From an uncultured Verrucomicrobiae bacterium (GTDB taxonomy: Bacteria; Verrucomicrobiota; Verrucomicrobiia; Limisphaerales; Palsa-1400): a stretch of DNA of 64,000 nucleotides. Under the pieces are notes generated by a model. That model worked only from the letters and a program-made list of their open reading frames with translations. It ran no database searches and was not told where the DNA came from. Below are positions 1-9,313 of the stretch, piece by piece. How positions within the stretch are numbered: position 1 is the first letter of the stretch; the number at the start of each line of letters is the position of its first letter. Made by a program: the position numbers and the translations under genes. The DNA lies in assembly GCA_963764165.1 (NCBI GenBank), contig CAVXRD010000001.1, positions 64,001-128,000 of the forward strand. Reading direction: 5' to 3'.

Positions 1-288
1 CCGCTTTCGCGCCCTTTCCGACATCGCGGAAAGGATATTGTTTGAAATCACCGGCACCGCCGAAATTCTGGCGGGTCAAACGAGCGTGCCACTGTCAGTA
101 AAACCTCCAGTAAAAGCACCTGAAAGTTACCAAAAATAGTGGCGAGTTACGGCGAATTTTTATTGATTTTCAGAGGGAAAAGCCGTATTTTCCTCTTGTC
201 TGAATTCGATAGACAGACTGTGTCCATCTGTGGCTTCCCCCTAAGTGAACGATCTCGGAAAGATTGCGGGCGCCTGGCCAAATCGCAA

Positions 289-939
289 TTACTTTTGTTC
301 AGTGACGGAGGAAAGACGGGCAGATGCGGCGTTTTTATAAGTGATGAGCGCGCGGAACTTCCAAACTTTCCCCGGTTCGATAACGTCGGTGTAATCGGTT
401 GCGGCGCCGATTTTCTTTTTGTGCTCATCTATAATCTCCAATTCCACTTTAACGCCGAAGCGTTGATCGGTGGTGCTATTGGTTAACGCTCCCACCGCGT
501 AAATAAGGCTTCCCTGCCCCGCCTTTTCCAGGACGACGCGGCTTGGCTGCAAGCCCTGCCAAAGGTCAACGGGCGGCTTCGGCTTCGGCGGCGGAGCGGA
601 CGTCTGAACGAGCGCCGGCATGTTGGAGAGGGGTGTGGCGTTGGTGGCGGCAACTGTCTTGGCAGGTGGCGGCTCGGCGGCATGCTTTTGCAGCAGCACA
701 AACGCCAGACCCGCCGCGCCCGCCATGATAATCACCGCGATGGCGACGCTGATAAATGTGGGCTTGCCGCCTTTCTCGCCGCCGTCGCCTTCAACAATTT
801 TGGTATTGGGAAGCGAAAGAAGCGTCGGCCATTTGCAATGCGGGCAATTGATTTGCCGGCCAGCCCCTTCAATAGGGAACTCGATGGGGCCACCACAGTG
901 TTGACAGGTGCATCGAGCAAAACTTTCTGGTTGGGGCAT
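289..939 (-). CDS. Zn-ribbon + transmembrane + FxLYD-like domain protein
   Basis: N-terminal CQHC...CPHC, one hydrophobic helix (FISVAIAVIIMAGAAGLAFVLL), Pro-rich linker, and a C-terminal domain (GALTN...VKVELEIIDEHKKKIG...IEPGKVWKF) resembling FxLYD. Confidence 0.75.
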   Translation of the reverse strand: MPQPESFARCTCQHCGGPIEFPIEGAGRQINCPHCKWPTLLSLPNTKIVEGDGGEKGGKPTFISVAIAVIIMAGAAGLAFVLLQKHAAEPPPAKTVAATNATPLSNMPALVQTSAPPPKPKPPVDLWQGLQPSRVVLEKAGQGSLIYAVGALTNSTTDQRFGVKVELEIIDEHKKKIGAATDYTDVIEPGKVWKFRALITYKNAASARLSSVTEQK

Positions 940-1070
940 GCCTATTAGACGAACCAGAGGTTACTGCGCTTCATGCCTGATGACAATTCATTTTGCGGAC
1001 GTGCAGCAGGTTGGGCGCAGACAATTTTATAGCCCGTCTGCCTGCGCTGGCAGGCAAAAGGATCAAGTGC

Positions 1071-1100
1071 AGCCGCAAATGGGCGCAGATGAACGCAGAT
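1071..1100 (+). repeat. 3 x 10-bp degenerate tandem motif at the 5' end of the GxxExxY remnant
   Basis: agccgcaaat gggcgcagat gaacgcagat; a reverse-oriented relative, ctgtgtccatctgtggct, lies at 218-235. Confidence 0.65.
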
Positions 1101-1383
1101 AAAAAGTCGAAAAAAGTTCGGGTGAGGCAGAGGGCAAGCCGGGTTAGTGATTCGACAGCGCAATGCCGAATTGGAGCACCGAAATCCCGTTCAATACAAG
1201 GGCGCGAACGCCGGTGATTACTCCGCCGACTATTTGGTCGGAGGCCGGGTCATTGTCGAATTGAAAGCGGCACCTGAATGCCAGACAGCCGGCGCAGCAA
1301 AATTACTCATCAATGGAAAGCCACCGGCATTGGAGCAGGGTTGCTTATCAACTCGGTCGCGCCAGAGTCGAATCCAAGCCCGC
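1089..1383 (+). pseudogene. Degraded GxxExxY-family (PD-(D/E)xK-like) gene
   Basis: Fragments in different frames: PVQYKGANAGDYSADYLVGGRVIVELKA, then KATGIGAGLLIN, then GRARVESK. This matches the C-terminal half of GxxExxY proteins; the GxxExxY motif region itself is missing. Confidence 0.7.
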
Positions 1384-1619
1384 AAAGAGCATGAGCGGAA
1401 CGACGATCCCGCCGGTGCAAAACAGGCTGTAAAGCACTACCGCAAAAGTTCCGATAACCTTCCGCCGCAGCGCAAGCTGCCCCGTGCGCCAGCGCATTAC
1501 CGCGACCAGCGGCGGAAATAGCAGCGTCACAGCGCAAATTTTGTTCTTATTGAATGTCCGAACATCCTCTCTGCGGGATTGTAGTTGGCAGGAATTTGGT
1601 TACAATGAAAATTACTTGA

Positions 1620-2861
1620 ATGGCAAACGACCCCCACAACCAGGCCGGCGGGAGCGAAGGCGGCTCCGGCATGCCGCAGTTTCCGAACACGGCCTACTTC
1701 GCCAAGCACCCGATGCCGGAAGTTCCGCAGAGCAAGCCGTTGCAATGGTTTTTGCTACTGGCATTCGTGGTTACCGGAGCGTCGTATGTGGTTGGACTTT
1801 GGACGGAGGACAAAGCCGAAATGGTCAAGACCGCCACGAGCCGCATCCGGCAGGCAACCCATCGCCAATCCGATTTTTCCCAGCACATGGCAGCGGGGGA
1901 GAAACTTTTCGCATCGAATCAATTTGATAAAGCTGAGCGCGAGTTCCGCCTCGCCCTGCTGCGCCAGGAGTCCGCGGAGGCGCACCAGCGCCTTGGCGCG
2001 ATTTACATCAAGCAAGGCAATGCGGAGGCTGGTTTTGCGGAATATCGGGAGGCCATCAAGGCAGATCCGACGAATAACGCCCCCGCCACCAGCGCATTGG
2101 CGCTCGCCATGCTCGCACAGGGGAAGACTGACGATGCGGAGCGCATCATTCGCAGTTCGCTCGCGCAAAATCCCAATTCCGGTTCGCTGCATTACGATTT
2201 GGCCGCGACGCTTCTTCAAACGCGTGTCGAAACAGAGGGCCGCCACCGCGCCGCGGTGGATTCTGGAAATGCCAAAGAGGCCGCTGATGCTGAATCACGT
2301 TCAAGGAGCCTGGCGGCGGACGCTTTGAAAGAATTTGCCGAGGCGGAAAAAAATCAATTTGACAGCGCCGAATTCTGGACCCGTTACGGCGCGTTGTTGA
2401 ACGAATCCCATCGATTTGCCGAAGCGGAAACGCGCTTGCGCAAAGCCGTTTCGGAGGATCCGAAATCGGGCTCCGCGCATTTTGAGCTGGGCGCGGCAGG
2501 CTTGCAGCTGGGTCATTACGCGGAGGCCATCGAACATTTCAACACAGCTCTCACCATCACGCCAGACGACCCGAACACCTTGATCGAAATGGCGCTTTTA
2601 TACGCAACCGCGACGAATTCAGAAGTGCGAAGCCCCAAGATGGCCGTCCAGCTTGCCACCCGGGCAACAGACGCGACGACGAGCCAGAACATCCATTACA
2701 TGGACACCCTGGCCCGCTGTTACGCCGCCGACGGAGATTTTTTCGGGGCCATCGCCTGGGAAAACAAAGCCATCCACCGCGCGACCCAATTGAATGAGAT
2801 GAGCCAGTTGCATGATTTGCAAGGGCGCCTCGCCCAGTTCATGGAGCATCACACTAATTAA
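1620..2861 (+). CDS. Membrane-anchored TPR protein
   Basis: 413 aa, N-terminal TM helix, several TPR motifs (AEAHQRLGAIY, SAHFELG, YAEAIEHFNTALTITPDD, YMDTLARCYAADG). Confidence 0.85.
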   Translation: MANDPHNQAGGSEGGSGMPQFPNTAYFAKHPMPEVPQSKPLQWFLLLAFVVTGASYVVGLWTEDKAEMVKTATSRIRQATHRQSDFSQHMAAGEKLFASNQFDKAEREFRLALLRQESAEAHQRLGAIYIKQGNAEAGFAEYREAIKADPTNNAPATSALALAMLAQGKTDDAERIIRSSLAQNPNSGSLHYDLAATLLQTRVETEGRHRAAVDSGNAKEAADAESRSRSLAADALKEFAEAEKNQFDSAEFWTRYGALLNESHRFAEAETRLRKAVSEDPKSGSAHFELGAAGLQLGHYAEAIEHFNTALTITPDDPNTLIEMALLYATATNSEVRSPKMAVQLATRATDATTSQNIHYMDTLARCYAADGDFFGAIAWENKAIHRATQLNEMSQLHDLQGRLAQFMEHHTN

Positions 2862-2873
2862 GGGACGCCTCGG

Positions 2874-4560
2874 CCGAGACTGTCTCAAAACGTTTTAGTC
2901 TGGCCGATCTGGTTATATGGGCACCAATAGGGGCTGTGGAAACGGGTGTCAACTTTTAGTTGTCAGAGCGTGGCTGGCGTCAGCGATGACGCCAAGCTTC
3001 CCTTTCCCTCCTTTTTTAGGCCGCCATCGCCAAATTTCCTTCAACCGCGGCGGTTTTGACTTCCATTTTCGGCGTCTGGACCCGGGCCTGCCACTTTTTA
3101 TAGAGGATTCGCAGGTTCAAGGTGGCGCATAACAAGGCCCATTGGGCTTGCACGGCTTCCAGACCCCAAACTGTCCAACGCCGAAAGCCGTCGTGTTGCT
3201 TGAGCTGCCCAAACCGGCGTTCGATGATCTCTTTGCGCTTTCCATAAAGCGCGGCGGGTCCTGGCTCTTGCAGCCGGGCCCGCATGGCTTGCACCAGCGT
3301 GGTGTGCGGCCACACTTCGACTTGCCGCCCTTTGGGATCGCGGCTGCAGAGGGCGCGCACGGGACAGTCTCGGTGATGGCAGCGGAAGCGCTCAACGGTC
3401 TGGCCTTTCTTGGTGGTCTGGCCTTCGTGGTCCAGAAGGCGCTCTTGCGGGCAGGTGACGGTGTGGGCCGCCTCGTCATAATGAAAATGCTGCGTCGCGT
3501 AGGCGTTGTCGTGGGCTGGCTTGCCCTCCGCCGGCGGGGCCAGCACATTCATCTGCTGTTCCACGGCCGCTTTCAAGTCGGCCCCGCCCCCATAGCCGGC
3601 GTCGGCGGCGGTGAGGGTTGGAATGGCCGCCGGACCGAGGTTTTGCCTCGCTTCTTCAATCATGGGGACCAGCTGGCCGGCGTCGGTTTCCTGGCGGGTG
3701 GCTTGACAGGCGACCATGATGCCCTCCTGGCTGTCGGCCACCGCCTGGGCGTTGTAGGCAAAGCGGTTGGTGTCGCCGACTTTCATCCGGCGCGCCTCCG
3801 GTTCGGCTGGATGGTAATGGTGGCGCCCGTCGGCCTGCAGCTGGGCCAGGCCTTTTTTGATTTCCTCGCGCAGGGCCTGGCGCTGGGCCAACCCGGCGGG
3901 CAGCCGGCAGCCCGGTGCGCTGGAATCCTGGTTCTCCGCCACGACTTTGAGCTCGATTTCCTCCAAGGCGCCATCCAGCTGGGCCAGGAGCTTCTCCATG
4001 TAAACCTTGCTCCAGCCCTGCGGCCCGCTGCAGGCGGCTTGAATCTTGGTGCCGTCCAACGCTTGCAAGGCAAATCCCACCGCCCCGGTGCGGAGGGCCA
4101 GCTGCACGGTTTGCTTGAAAACCTGGCGCAGGGCCTTTTTGTTTCCGTCCCAGAACCGCCAGAGGCTGTTGTGGTCGGGGGCGTTGAGCCCCGTCAGCCA
4201 CAGCAGCGAGACATGCTCCGTGCAGGCGGTTTCCAGCTTGCGGGTGGAGCGAATGCGGTGGAAATAACCGTAAAGCCAAATCTTGAGCAGGAGGCTGGGG
4301 GCATAGGGCGGACGGCCTTCGGCGGCGGCGGGAATGACAAACCCAAGCTGGGGCAGATCCAACTGGTCGACAAATTCGCGCAGGAAGCGGGCGGGATGGT
4401 CGGCGGACACCCAGTCCTCCAGGGCGGGCGGGAGGAGGAACTGCTGTCCGTAATCAGGGGCAATCGGTTGAGCCATATTTGTTGAACGGCATTGTCAACT
4501 AAAGGCTCACATATTGTCAAATACATTCCTCAAAAAACAGAAGTTTTGAGACAATCTCGG
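2874..4560 (-). mobile_element. IS1182-family insertion sequence
   Basis: Terminal IRs ccgagactgtctcaaaac (2874-2891) and gttttgagacaatctcgg (4543-4560) match at 17/18 and enclose one transposase. Exact ends are ambiguous by a few bp because the target is palindromic. Confidence 0.9.
3016..4476 (-). CDS. IS1182-family DDE transposase
   Basis: QQFLLPPALEDWV, GRPPYAP, SxRKLE, DGTKIQA, YNAQ, ADAGY, Cys cluster, YGKRKEIIERRFGQLK. Confidence 0.93.
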   Translation of the reverse strand: MAQPIAPDYGQQFLLPPALEDWVSADHPARFLREFVDQLDLPQLGFVIPAAAEGRPPYAPSLLLKIWLYGYFHRIRSTRKLETACTEHVSLLWLTGLNAPDHNSLWRFWDGNKKALRQVFKQTVQLALRTGAVGFALQALDGTKIQAACSGPQGWSKVYMEKLLAQLDGALEEIELKVVAENQDSSAPGCRLPAGLAQRQALREEIKKGLAQLQADGRHHYHPAEPEARRMKVGDTNRFAYNAQAVADSQEGIMVACQATRQETDAGQLVPMIEEARQNLGPAAIPTLTAADAGYGGGADLKAAVEQQMNVLAPPAEGKPAHDNAYATQHFHYDEAAHTVTCPQERLLDHEGQTTKKGQTVERFRCHHRDCPVRALCSRDPKGRQVEVWPHTTLVQAMRARLQEPGPAALYGKRKEIIERRFGQLKQHDGFRRWTVWGLEAVQAQWALLCATLNLRILYKKWQARVQTPKMEVKTAAVEGNLAMAA

Positions 4561-4720
4561 CGAGGCGTCCCTACCTTTACACAGTGAAGATTTGTGGTTG
4601 CGCGGCGCGGTGTTGTTGGTTATCCAAGATGGTGACGATTCTCTTGAGGGGCAGAATCACTCTCGTTCGCAGTGGCCCGCTTCCCTCCCGCAATCGTAAT
4701 GAGTTGATTGGAGAAAATTT

Positions 4721-7486
4721 ATGAAAATTCAGAATTTGATCGTCGCGCTCTCAGTGTCGGCCGCCGTTGCCACCCCCGCCTGGGCCTCGCCGAGTCCTGT
4801 CGATGAACCCCTGCCCCTCGTCGGCACCGCCGCGCATGGCCACACTTATCCCGGCGCCACGGTCCCGTTCGGCATGGTGCAATTAAGCCCGGACACGCCG
4901 ATTGAGGGATGGGACGGCTGCTCGGGTTATCATTACACGGATTCGGCCATCGTCGGATTCAGCCATACCCATCTGAGCGGCACGGGTTGCGGATGCCTCG
5001 GGGACATTTTGCTGATGCCAACGGTCGGAGAGATCCAATTCGGCGGTTACAGTTCGCCATTCTCCCACAGCTCCGAGCACGCCACACCCGGCCGCTACAG
5101 CGTTTTTCTCGATGGCCCGAAAGTCGCCGTTGATTTGACTGCGACGCCCCGGTGCGGATTCCACAAATACACGTTCCCGGCTACCGATAGCGCGCACATC
5201 ATTCTTGATCTGGCGCATGGCGTTGGAAACAATTCGGTTGACACGAGCATCACGGTTGAGAACGACACCACGGTCAGCGGATGGCGGGCTTCCGACGGCT
5301 GGGGTGGCCGCCGGGTGGCTTATTTCGTCATGCAATTCTCCAAGCCATTCGCCTCCGTGGCGATGGAGCGCGATGGCACACGGCTGCCCGCCGATGCCCG
5401 CGCTGGCAAAGGCAAGGGCGTGAAGGCGGCGTTCAACTACACCACCGCCGCCAATGATGCGATCCTCGTCAAGGTCGGCATTTCCGGCACCGGTGTCGAA
5501 GGCGCGCGCAAGAATCTTGCGGCGGAAATTCCGGCGTGGGATTTCGATGCGGCGCGTTCGGATGCCGTTGCGCAATGGCAGAAGGTGTTCAGCGCGGCGG
5601 ACGTTGAATCCTTCGACCCGCGCATTCGCACCACCTTTTATGCGAACCTCTATTTAAGCTGCCTCGCCCCCACCTTGTTCAACGATGTGGATGGCGCCTA
5701 TCGCGGAATGGACAAGACCAATCACGCGTCCCCCGGTTTTCAGAATTACACGACGTTCTCGCTGTGGGACACCTATCGCGCGGAAAACCCGCTGATGACA
5801 ATTTTGCAACCGGGCCGCGTCGATGACATCGTCAAAACGCTGCTCGCGGAATACAAGGAAAACGGCCAGCACACGACGCCGATTTGGCCGCTATGGGGCA
5901 ACGAGACTTGGTGCATGATTGGTTACCATTCGGTCTCCGTCATCGCCGATGCGTATTTGAAAGGCTTCAATGGATTCGATGCGGAAACGGCTTACAAAGC
6001 GCTCCGTGACACGGCGATGCAGAATCGCAATGGTCTGAAGACGTATAAGGAAAACGGCTGGGTCGCATCCAAGCCGCACGAAGAGGCAACTTCCAAAACC
6101 ATTGAATATTCCTTTGACGACTGGAGCCTTGCCCGCATGGCGGAATCGCTTGGACACAAGGAGGACGCGGAAGTCTTTTACAAACGCGCCGCCAATTATC
6201 GCAATTTGTTCGACGGCACGACGAAATTCTTCCGCGGCCGCAAGGCCAACGGCACGTGGCGCTCCCCTTTCGTGACGAACGCGCTGGTCGGCGACGAATA
6301 CACCGAGGCCGATGCGTGGCAATACGCTTTCGGAATTCAGCAGGACGTTCCAGGAATGATCGCGCTTTACGGCGGTGATCAGGCTTTTATGGACAAACTT
6401 GATTCGCTGTTCACGGCAGATTCGAAAATCCAGACCAGCATTCCCGACATCAGCGGATTAATCGGCCAGTATTCGCAGGGTGACGAGCAGTGCCATCACG
6501 TGGCGTATTTGTATGACTACGCGGGCGCGCCCTACAAAACGCAAGCGCACCTGCGCGAAGTCATGGCCAAGGAATACGACGACACGCCGTCGGGCCAATG
6601 CGGCAATGCGGATTGCGGCCAGATGTCGGCCTGGTATGTGTTCAGCGCGATGGGATTCTACCCGATGAATCCGGACAGCGGTGTTTACGCCATAGGCAGC
6701 CCGGTCGTCACCAAGGCGACCCTTCGCCTTGACCCGGTGAAATACCAGGGACACACCTTCACGGTTGAGGCCGAGAACAATTCTCCGGAAAACATCTACA
6801 TCCAATCCGCCACCTTGAATGGAAAGCCACTTAACCGCGCCTGGATCACCCACAAGGAAGTGACCGGCGGCGGCGTGCTGCATTTCGTGATGGGCGCGCA
6901 GCCCAATAAGGAATGGGCCAGCGCGAAGGAAGATCGCCCGCCCGCCACCATGCCGGCCAACTTCCAATATGCGGCCTTGCCGGAACCCGCTTCAGACAAA
7001 CCCGTCAGTCTCGCCCTTCCCATCAGGATCATTTGCGGCAGCGACGAGGAAGCAGGCGGATTCATACCCGACCCGAATATGTACGACGGCGCGACCAACG
7101 AGCGCCGCACCCACGTCGATACCAGCGTCCCGCACGCCGCCCCATCGCGTGTCTATCAATGCGAACGTTACGCGCAGGATTTCTCCTACACCTTCGCCGT
7201 GCCGAAGGGCCACCAATACCACGTCCGCCTGCATTTCGCGGAAATTTTTGACAATCAAGCCGGTCAGCGCGTTGAGAACATTAACATCAACGGCCAGCCA
7301 GCCTTGAAGGACTTTGATCCGTTCACGGCGGCCGGTGGCATCGACAGAGCCATCGTCAAGGAATTCGAGCACATCGCGCCTGACTCGAATGGCAATATCG
7401 TCATTCGTGTGATGGCCGCGCCAAACGCTCCCGATCAAAACGCGAAGATTAGCGGCATCGAGATTCTGGAAGAAACGGGGGCTTAA
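4721..7486 (+). CDS. GH92 alpha-mannosidase with C-terminal malectin domain
   Basis: Signal peptide; GHTYPGATVPFGMVQLSPDT, FSHTHLSGTG, FSLWDTYR, TEADAWQY, GQMSAWYVFSAMGFYP; C-terminal YHVRLHFAEIF...NAKISGIEI. Confidence 0.93.
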   Translation: MKIQNLIVALSVSAAVATPAWASPSPVDEPLPLVGTAAHGHTYPGATVPFGMVQLSPDTPIEGWDGCSGYHYTDSAIVGFSHTHLSGTGCGCLGDILLMPTVGEIQFGGYSSPFSHSSEHATPGRYSVFLDGPKVAVDLTATPRCGFHKYTFPATDSAHIILDLAHGVGNNSVDTSITVENDTTVSGWRASDGWGGRRVAYFVMQFSKPFASVAMERDGTRLPADARAGKGKGVKAAFNYTTAANDAILVKVGISGTGVEGARKNLAAEIPAWDFDAARSDAVAQWQKVFSAADVESFDPRIRTTFYANLYLSCLAPTLFNDVDGAYRGMDKTNHASPGFQNYTTFSLWDTYRAENPLMTILQPGRVDDIVKTLLAEYKENGQHTTPIWPLWGNETWCMIGYHSVSVIADAYLKGFNGFDAETAYKALRDTAMQNRNGLKTYKENGWVASKPHEEATSKTIEYSFDDWSLARMAESLGHKEDAEVFYKRAANYRNLFDGTTKFFRGRKANGTWRSPFVTNALVGDEYTEADAWQYAFGIQQDVPGMIALYGGDQAFMDKLDSLFTADSKIQTSIPDISGLIGQYSQGDEQCHHVAYLYDYAGAPYKTQAHLREVMAKEYDDTPSGQCGNADCGQMSAWYVFSAMGFYPMNPDSGVYAIGSPVVTKATLRLDPVKYQGHTFTVEAENNSPENIYIQSATLNGKPLNRAWITHKEVTGGGVLHFVMGAQPNKEWASAKEDRPPATMPANFQYAALPEPASDKPVSLALPIRIICGSDEEAGGFIPDPNMYDGATNERRTHVDTSVPHAAPSRVYQCERYAQDFSYTFAVPKGHQYHVRLHFAEIFDNQAGQRVENININGQPALKDFDPFTAAGGIDRAIVKEFEHIAPDSNGNIVIRVMAAPNAPDQNAKISGIEILEETGA

Positions 7487-7491
7487 GGTCA

Positions 7492-7536
7492 GCGCTTCAA
7501 AGCTGAAGTTGCTTTTTGCTACTTCAGCTTGAACGC
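7492..7536. terminator. Hairpin between convergent genes (candidate bidirectional terminator)
   Basis: aagctgaagt (7500-7509) and acttcagctt (7521-7530) form a perfect 10-bp stem that extends with bulges. Confidence 0.5.
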
Positions 7537-9213
7537 ATTAATCGTTATGACTTCGTTCGTGCTTGCCAGATCATAAGTGTTTATCCCCACGCCGCTGGTA
7601 GACGTGGCAAAATCCAATTGCAAGTACACAGGGACGGCGGGGCTGGGGTTGGTCTGTGTCATTATGACCATCGCCGTGTGGTTTCCCGTCGGGAAACACG
7701 AGTAAGTTCCCATTTCACCAATTGCCGGCAAGCCATTATTTAGCCCGATATAGAAAGCCTCGGTAAACATTCCTTCGAAGAATGAGATGGTGTTGGCATG
7801 CGCCCCCGCAGGAATTAGAACAGTCTTTCCATCAAGCGTAGCCGGGAGCAAATCCTTCGTCGGCGTTACCGTAAATTTCCCCGCTTCGAATCCGTTCGTA
7901 TTAAAAAAACTTCCGCCCTGGCTGGTGGTGAACAACAAATCCCAGACACCGCCCGAGCCGGCTTCAAGCGGGGGATAAACGTAACTGAACGAAACTTGGG
8001 CGCTTTTGGGACCCGACCGCAGATACGCATAATTGCCGACACCACTCGGTTCATAGGCGAGGGAGGTTATGCCAAAGGTGGCTTCGCCGAAATCAACCGT
8101 GTATGGATGCTTTGGCTGGAATGGCAGTTCGTTCTCAGGCGTCATCCGAATCTGAAATCCTGCCAGAGACGCAGGGGCAAACTGGGCGCCCTCTTTGTGC
8201 ACCGCTGTGTTTGTGAACTCACCGACGCCGACAGCCACTTCACTTGAGTCGAAAGCGCTCGAAAAGTAATTCCCCGCCTTAGAAGATGCAAACGTCACCA
8301 CCAAATCGTTGGATTCGCCGAGGCTGGCCCCTTGTATCGAACGCATGCTTATCAAGCCCCCGCACGGAGAAAATTTAGTGTAAGTGTAAGCTCCCAACGC
8401 ATTCGTAGATGTCGGACTATTGTTGGTAAAGACGCCATCGGAGTATGCCACGGTGTTTGAATTGCCGAAATCATAGGTCATGCCCGTGAGCGAGGACGGC
8501 GCCAAATTCGTTGCCAAGGGGAAGCCTGTTTCCATCGTTCCGGTGTCTCCTGAGGACGTGGCAAACGTCACGAGAACTGGATCGCCCATGGCAAAAGTAA
8601 TATCCAGGACATTGGTGACTCCAGCCATTTCCGCCGGAGCTATGTAATCAAGAAAGATCTGCGCCGTGTTCGTGCTTGTCACTGTGTATGTGTAGTTTCC
8701 GACGCCTGAGGGATGATTCGTGTCAGTTGACTGCTGCACGAACGTGCTGGCGCCAAAACTTATTTCATATGGGACTCCATCGGACAGGACCATTTGAGCC
8801 GCAGTGCCGTCCAATGACCCGGGAGCAAGCACCAACTGGCCAGCGTCGATTGTAATGTAGTTTGTTTTGGATGAGTGCCCGAGGAGATCGACGGCGTAAG
8901 CAGCGACCACGTTGCTCCCTAATAAAAGGTCAATCGAAGCCGACCAAGTTTTGCTGGTATTTGTGACGGCGGGCGACCATTCGAAATCACCCGTCTTGGT
9001 TGCGGCGTTGCCACAGTGAATCGCCTCAATCCCGCCCGCCGCGTGATACGTGCCGGACACCGAATACGGGCCTGTGAATGCCGGCTTCTTTTTTCCCGGG
9101 GCAGTTATAGAGATTACCGGCGGTGAGACCTTTTCAGCTCGGGCGGATTGGGTTGAAAATCTAGCCAGCACAAAACTTAACACTGCAAACACACAGCCAG
9201 ATCCAGTTCGCAT
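7519..9213 (-). CDS. Exported protein, Ig-like N-domain plus four ~110-aa beta-rich repeats
   Basis: Signal peptide; repeats start LAPGSLDG / LAPSSLTG / FAPASLAG / LLPATLDG, each with a GxYxY-like motif. Confidence 0.8.
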   Translation of the reverse strand: MRTGSGCVFAVLSFVLARFSTQSARAEKVSPPVISITAPGKKKPAFTGPYSVSGTYHAAGGIEAIHCGNAATKTGDFEWSPAVTNTSKTWSASIDLLLGSNVVAAYAVDLLGHSSKTNYITIDAGQLVLAPGSLDGTAAQMVLSDGVPYEISFGASTFVQQSTDTNHPSGVGNYTYTVTSTNTAQIFLDYIAPAEMAGVTNVLDITFAMGDPVLVTFATSSGDTGTMETGFPLATNLAPSSLTGMTYDFGNSNTVAYSDGVFTNNSPTSTNALGAYTYTKFSPCGGLISMRSIQGASLGESNDLVVTFASSKAGNYFSSAFDSSEVAVGVGEFTNTAVHKEGAQFAPASLAGFQIRMTPENELPFQPKHPYTVDFGEATFGITSLAYEPSGVGNYAYLRSGPKSAQVSFSYVYPPLEAGSGGVWDLLFTTSQGGSFFNTNGFEAGKFTVTPTKDLLPATLDGKTVLIPAGAHANTISFFEGMFTEAFYIGLNNGLPAIGEMGTYSCFPTGNHTAMVIMTQTNPSPAVPVYLQLDFATSTSGVGINTYDLASTNEVITINAFKLK

Positions 9214-9313
9214 AGATATTTTATTCCTCCATTACAGTCCAAAGCGAGTTTCACATTCAGACACTAGCAGGACACCTTTTCATCGGTAGCATTTTCCCCG
9301 TTGGACTGTTAAA

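Noticed and set aside
13..34. Hairpin cctttccg...cggaaagg at the window start
   Set aside because: Single short stem with no context or second copy; function cannot be supported.
1147..1521. 124-aa ORF as an intact gene
   Set aside because: Only its first part matches GxxExxY; the conserved continuation is in other frames, so it is treated as a pseudogene fragment.
3142..4485. 447-aa plus-strand ORF inside the IS
   Set aside because: Antisense shadow of the transposase in GC-rich DNA; no recognisable motifs.
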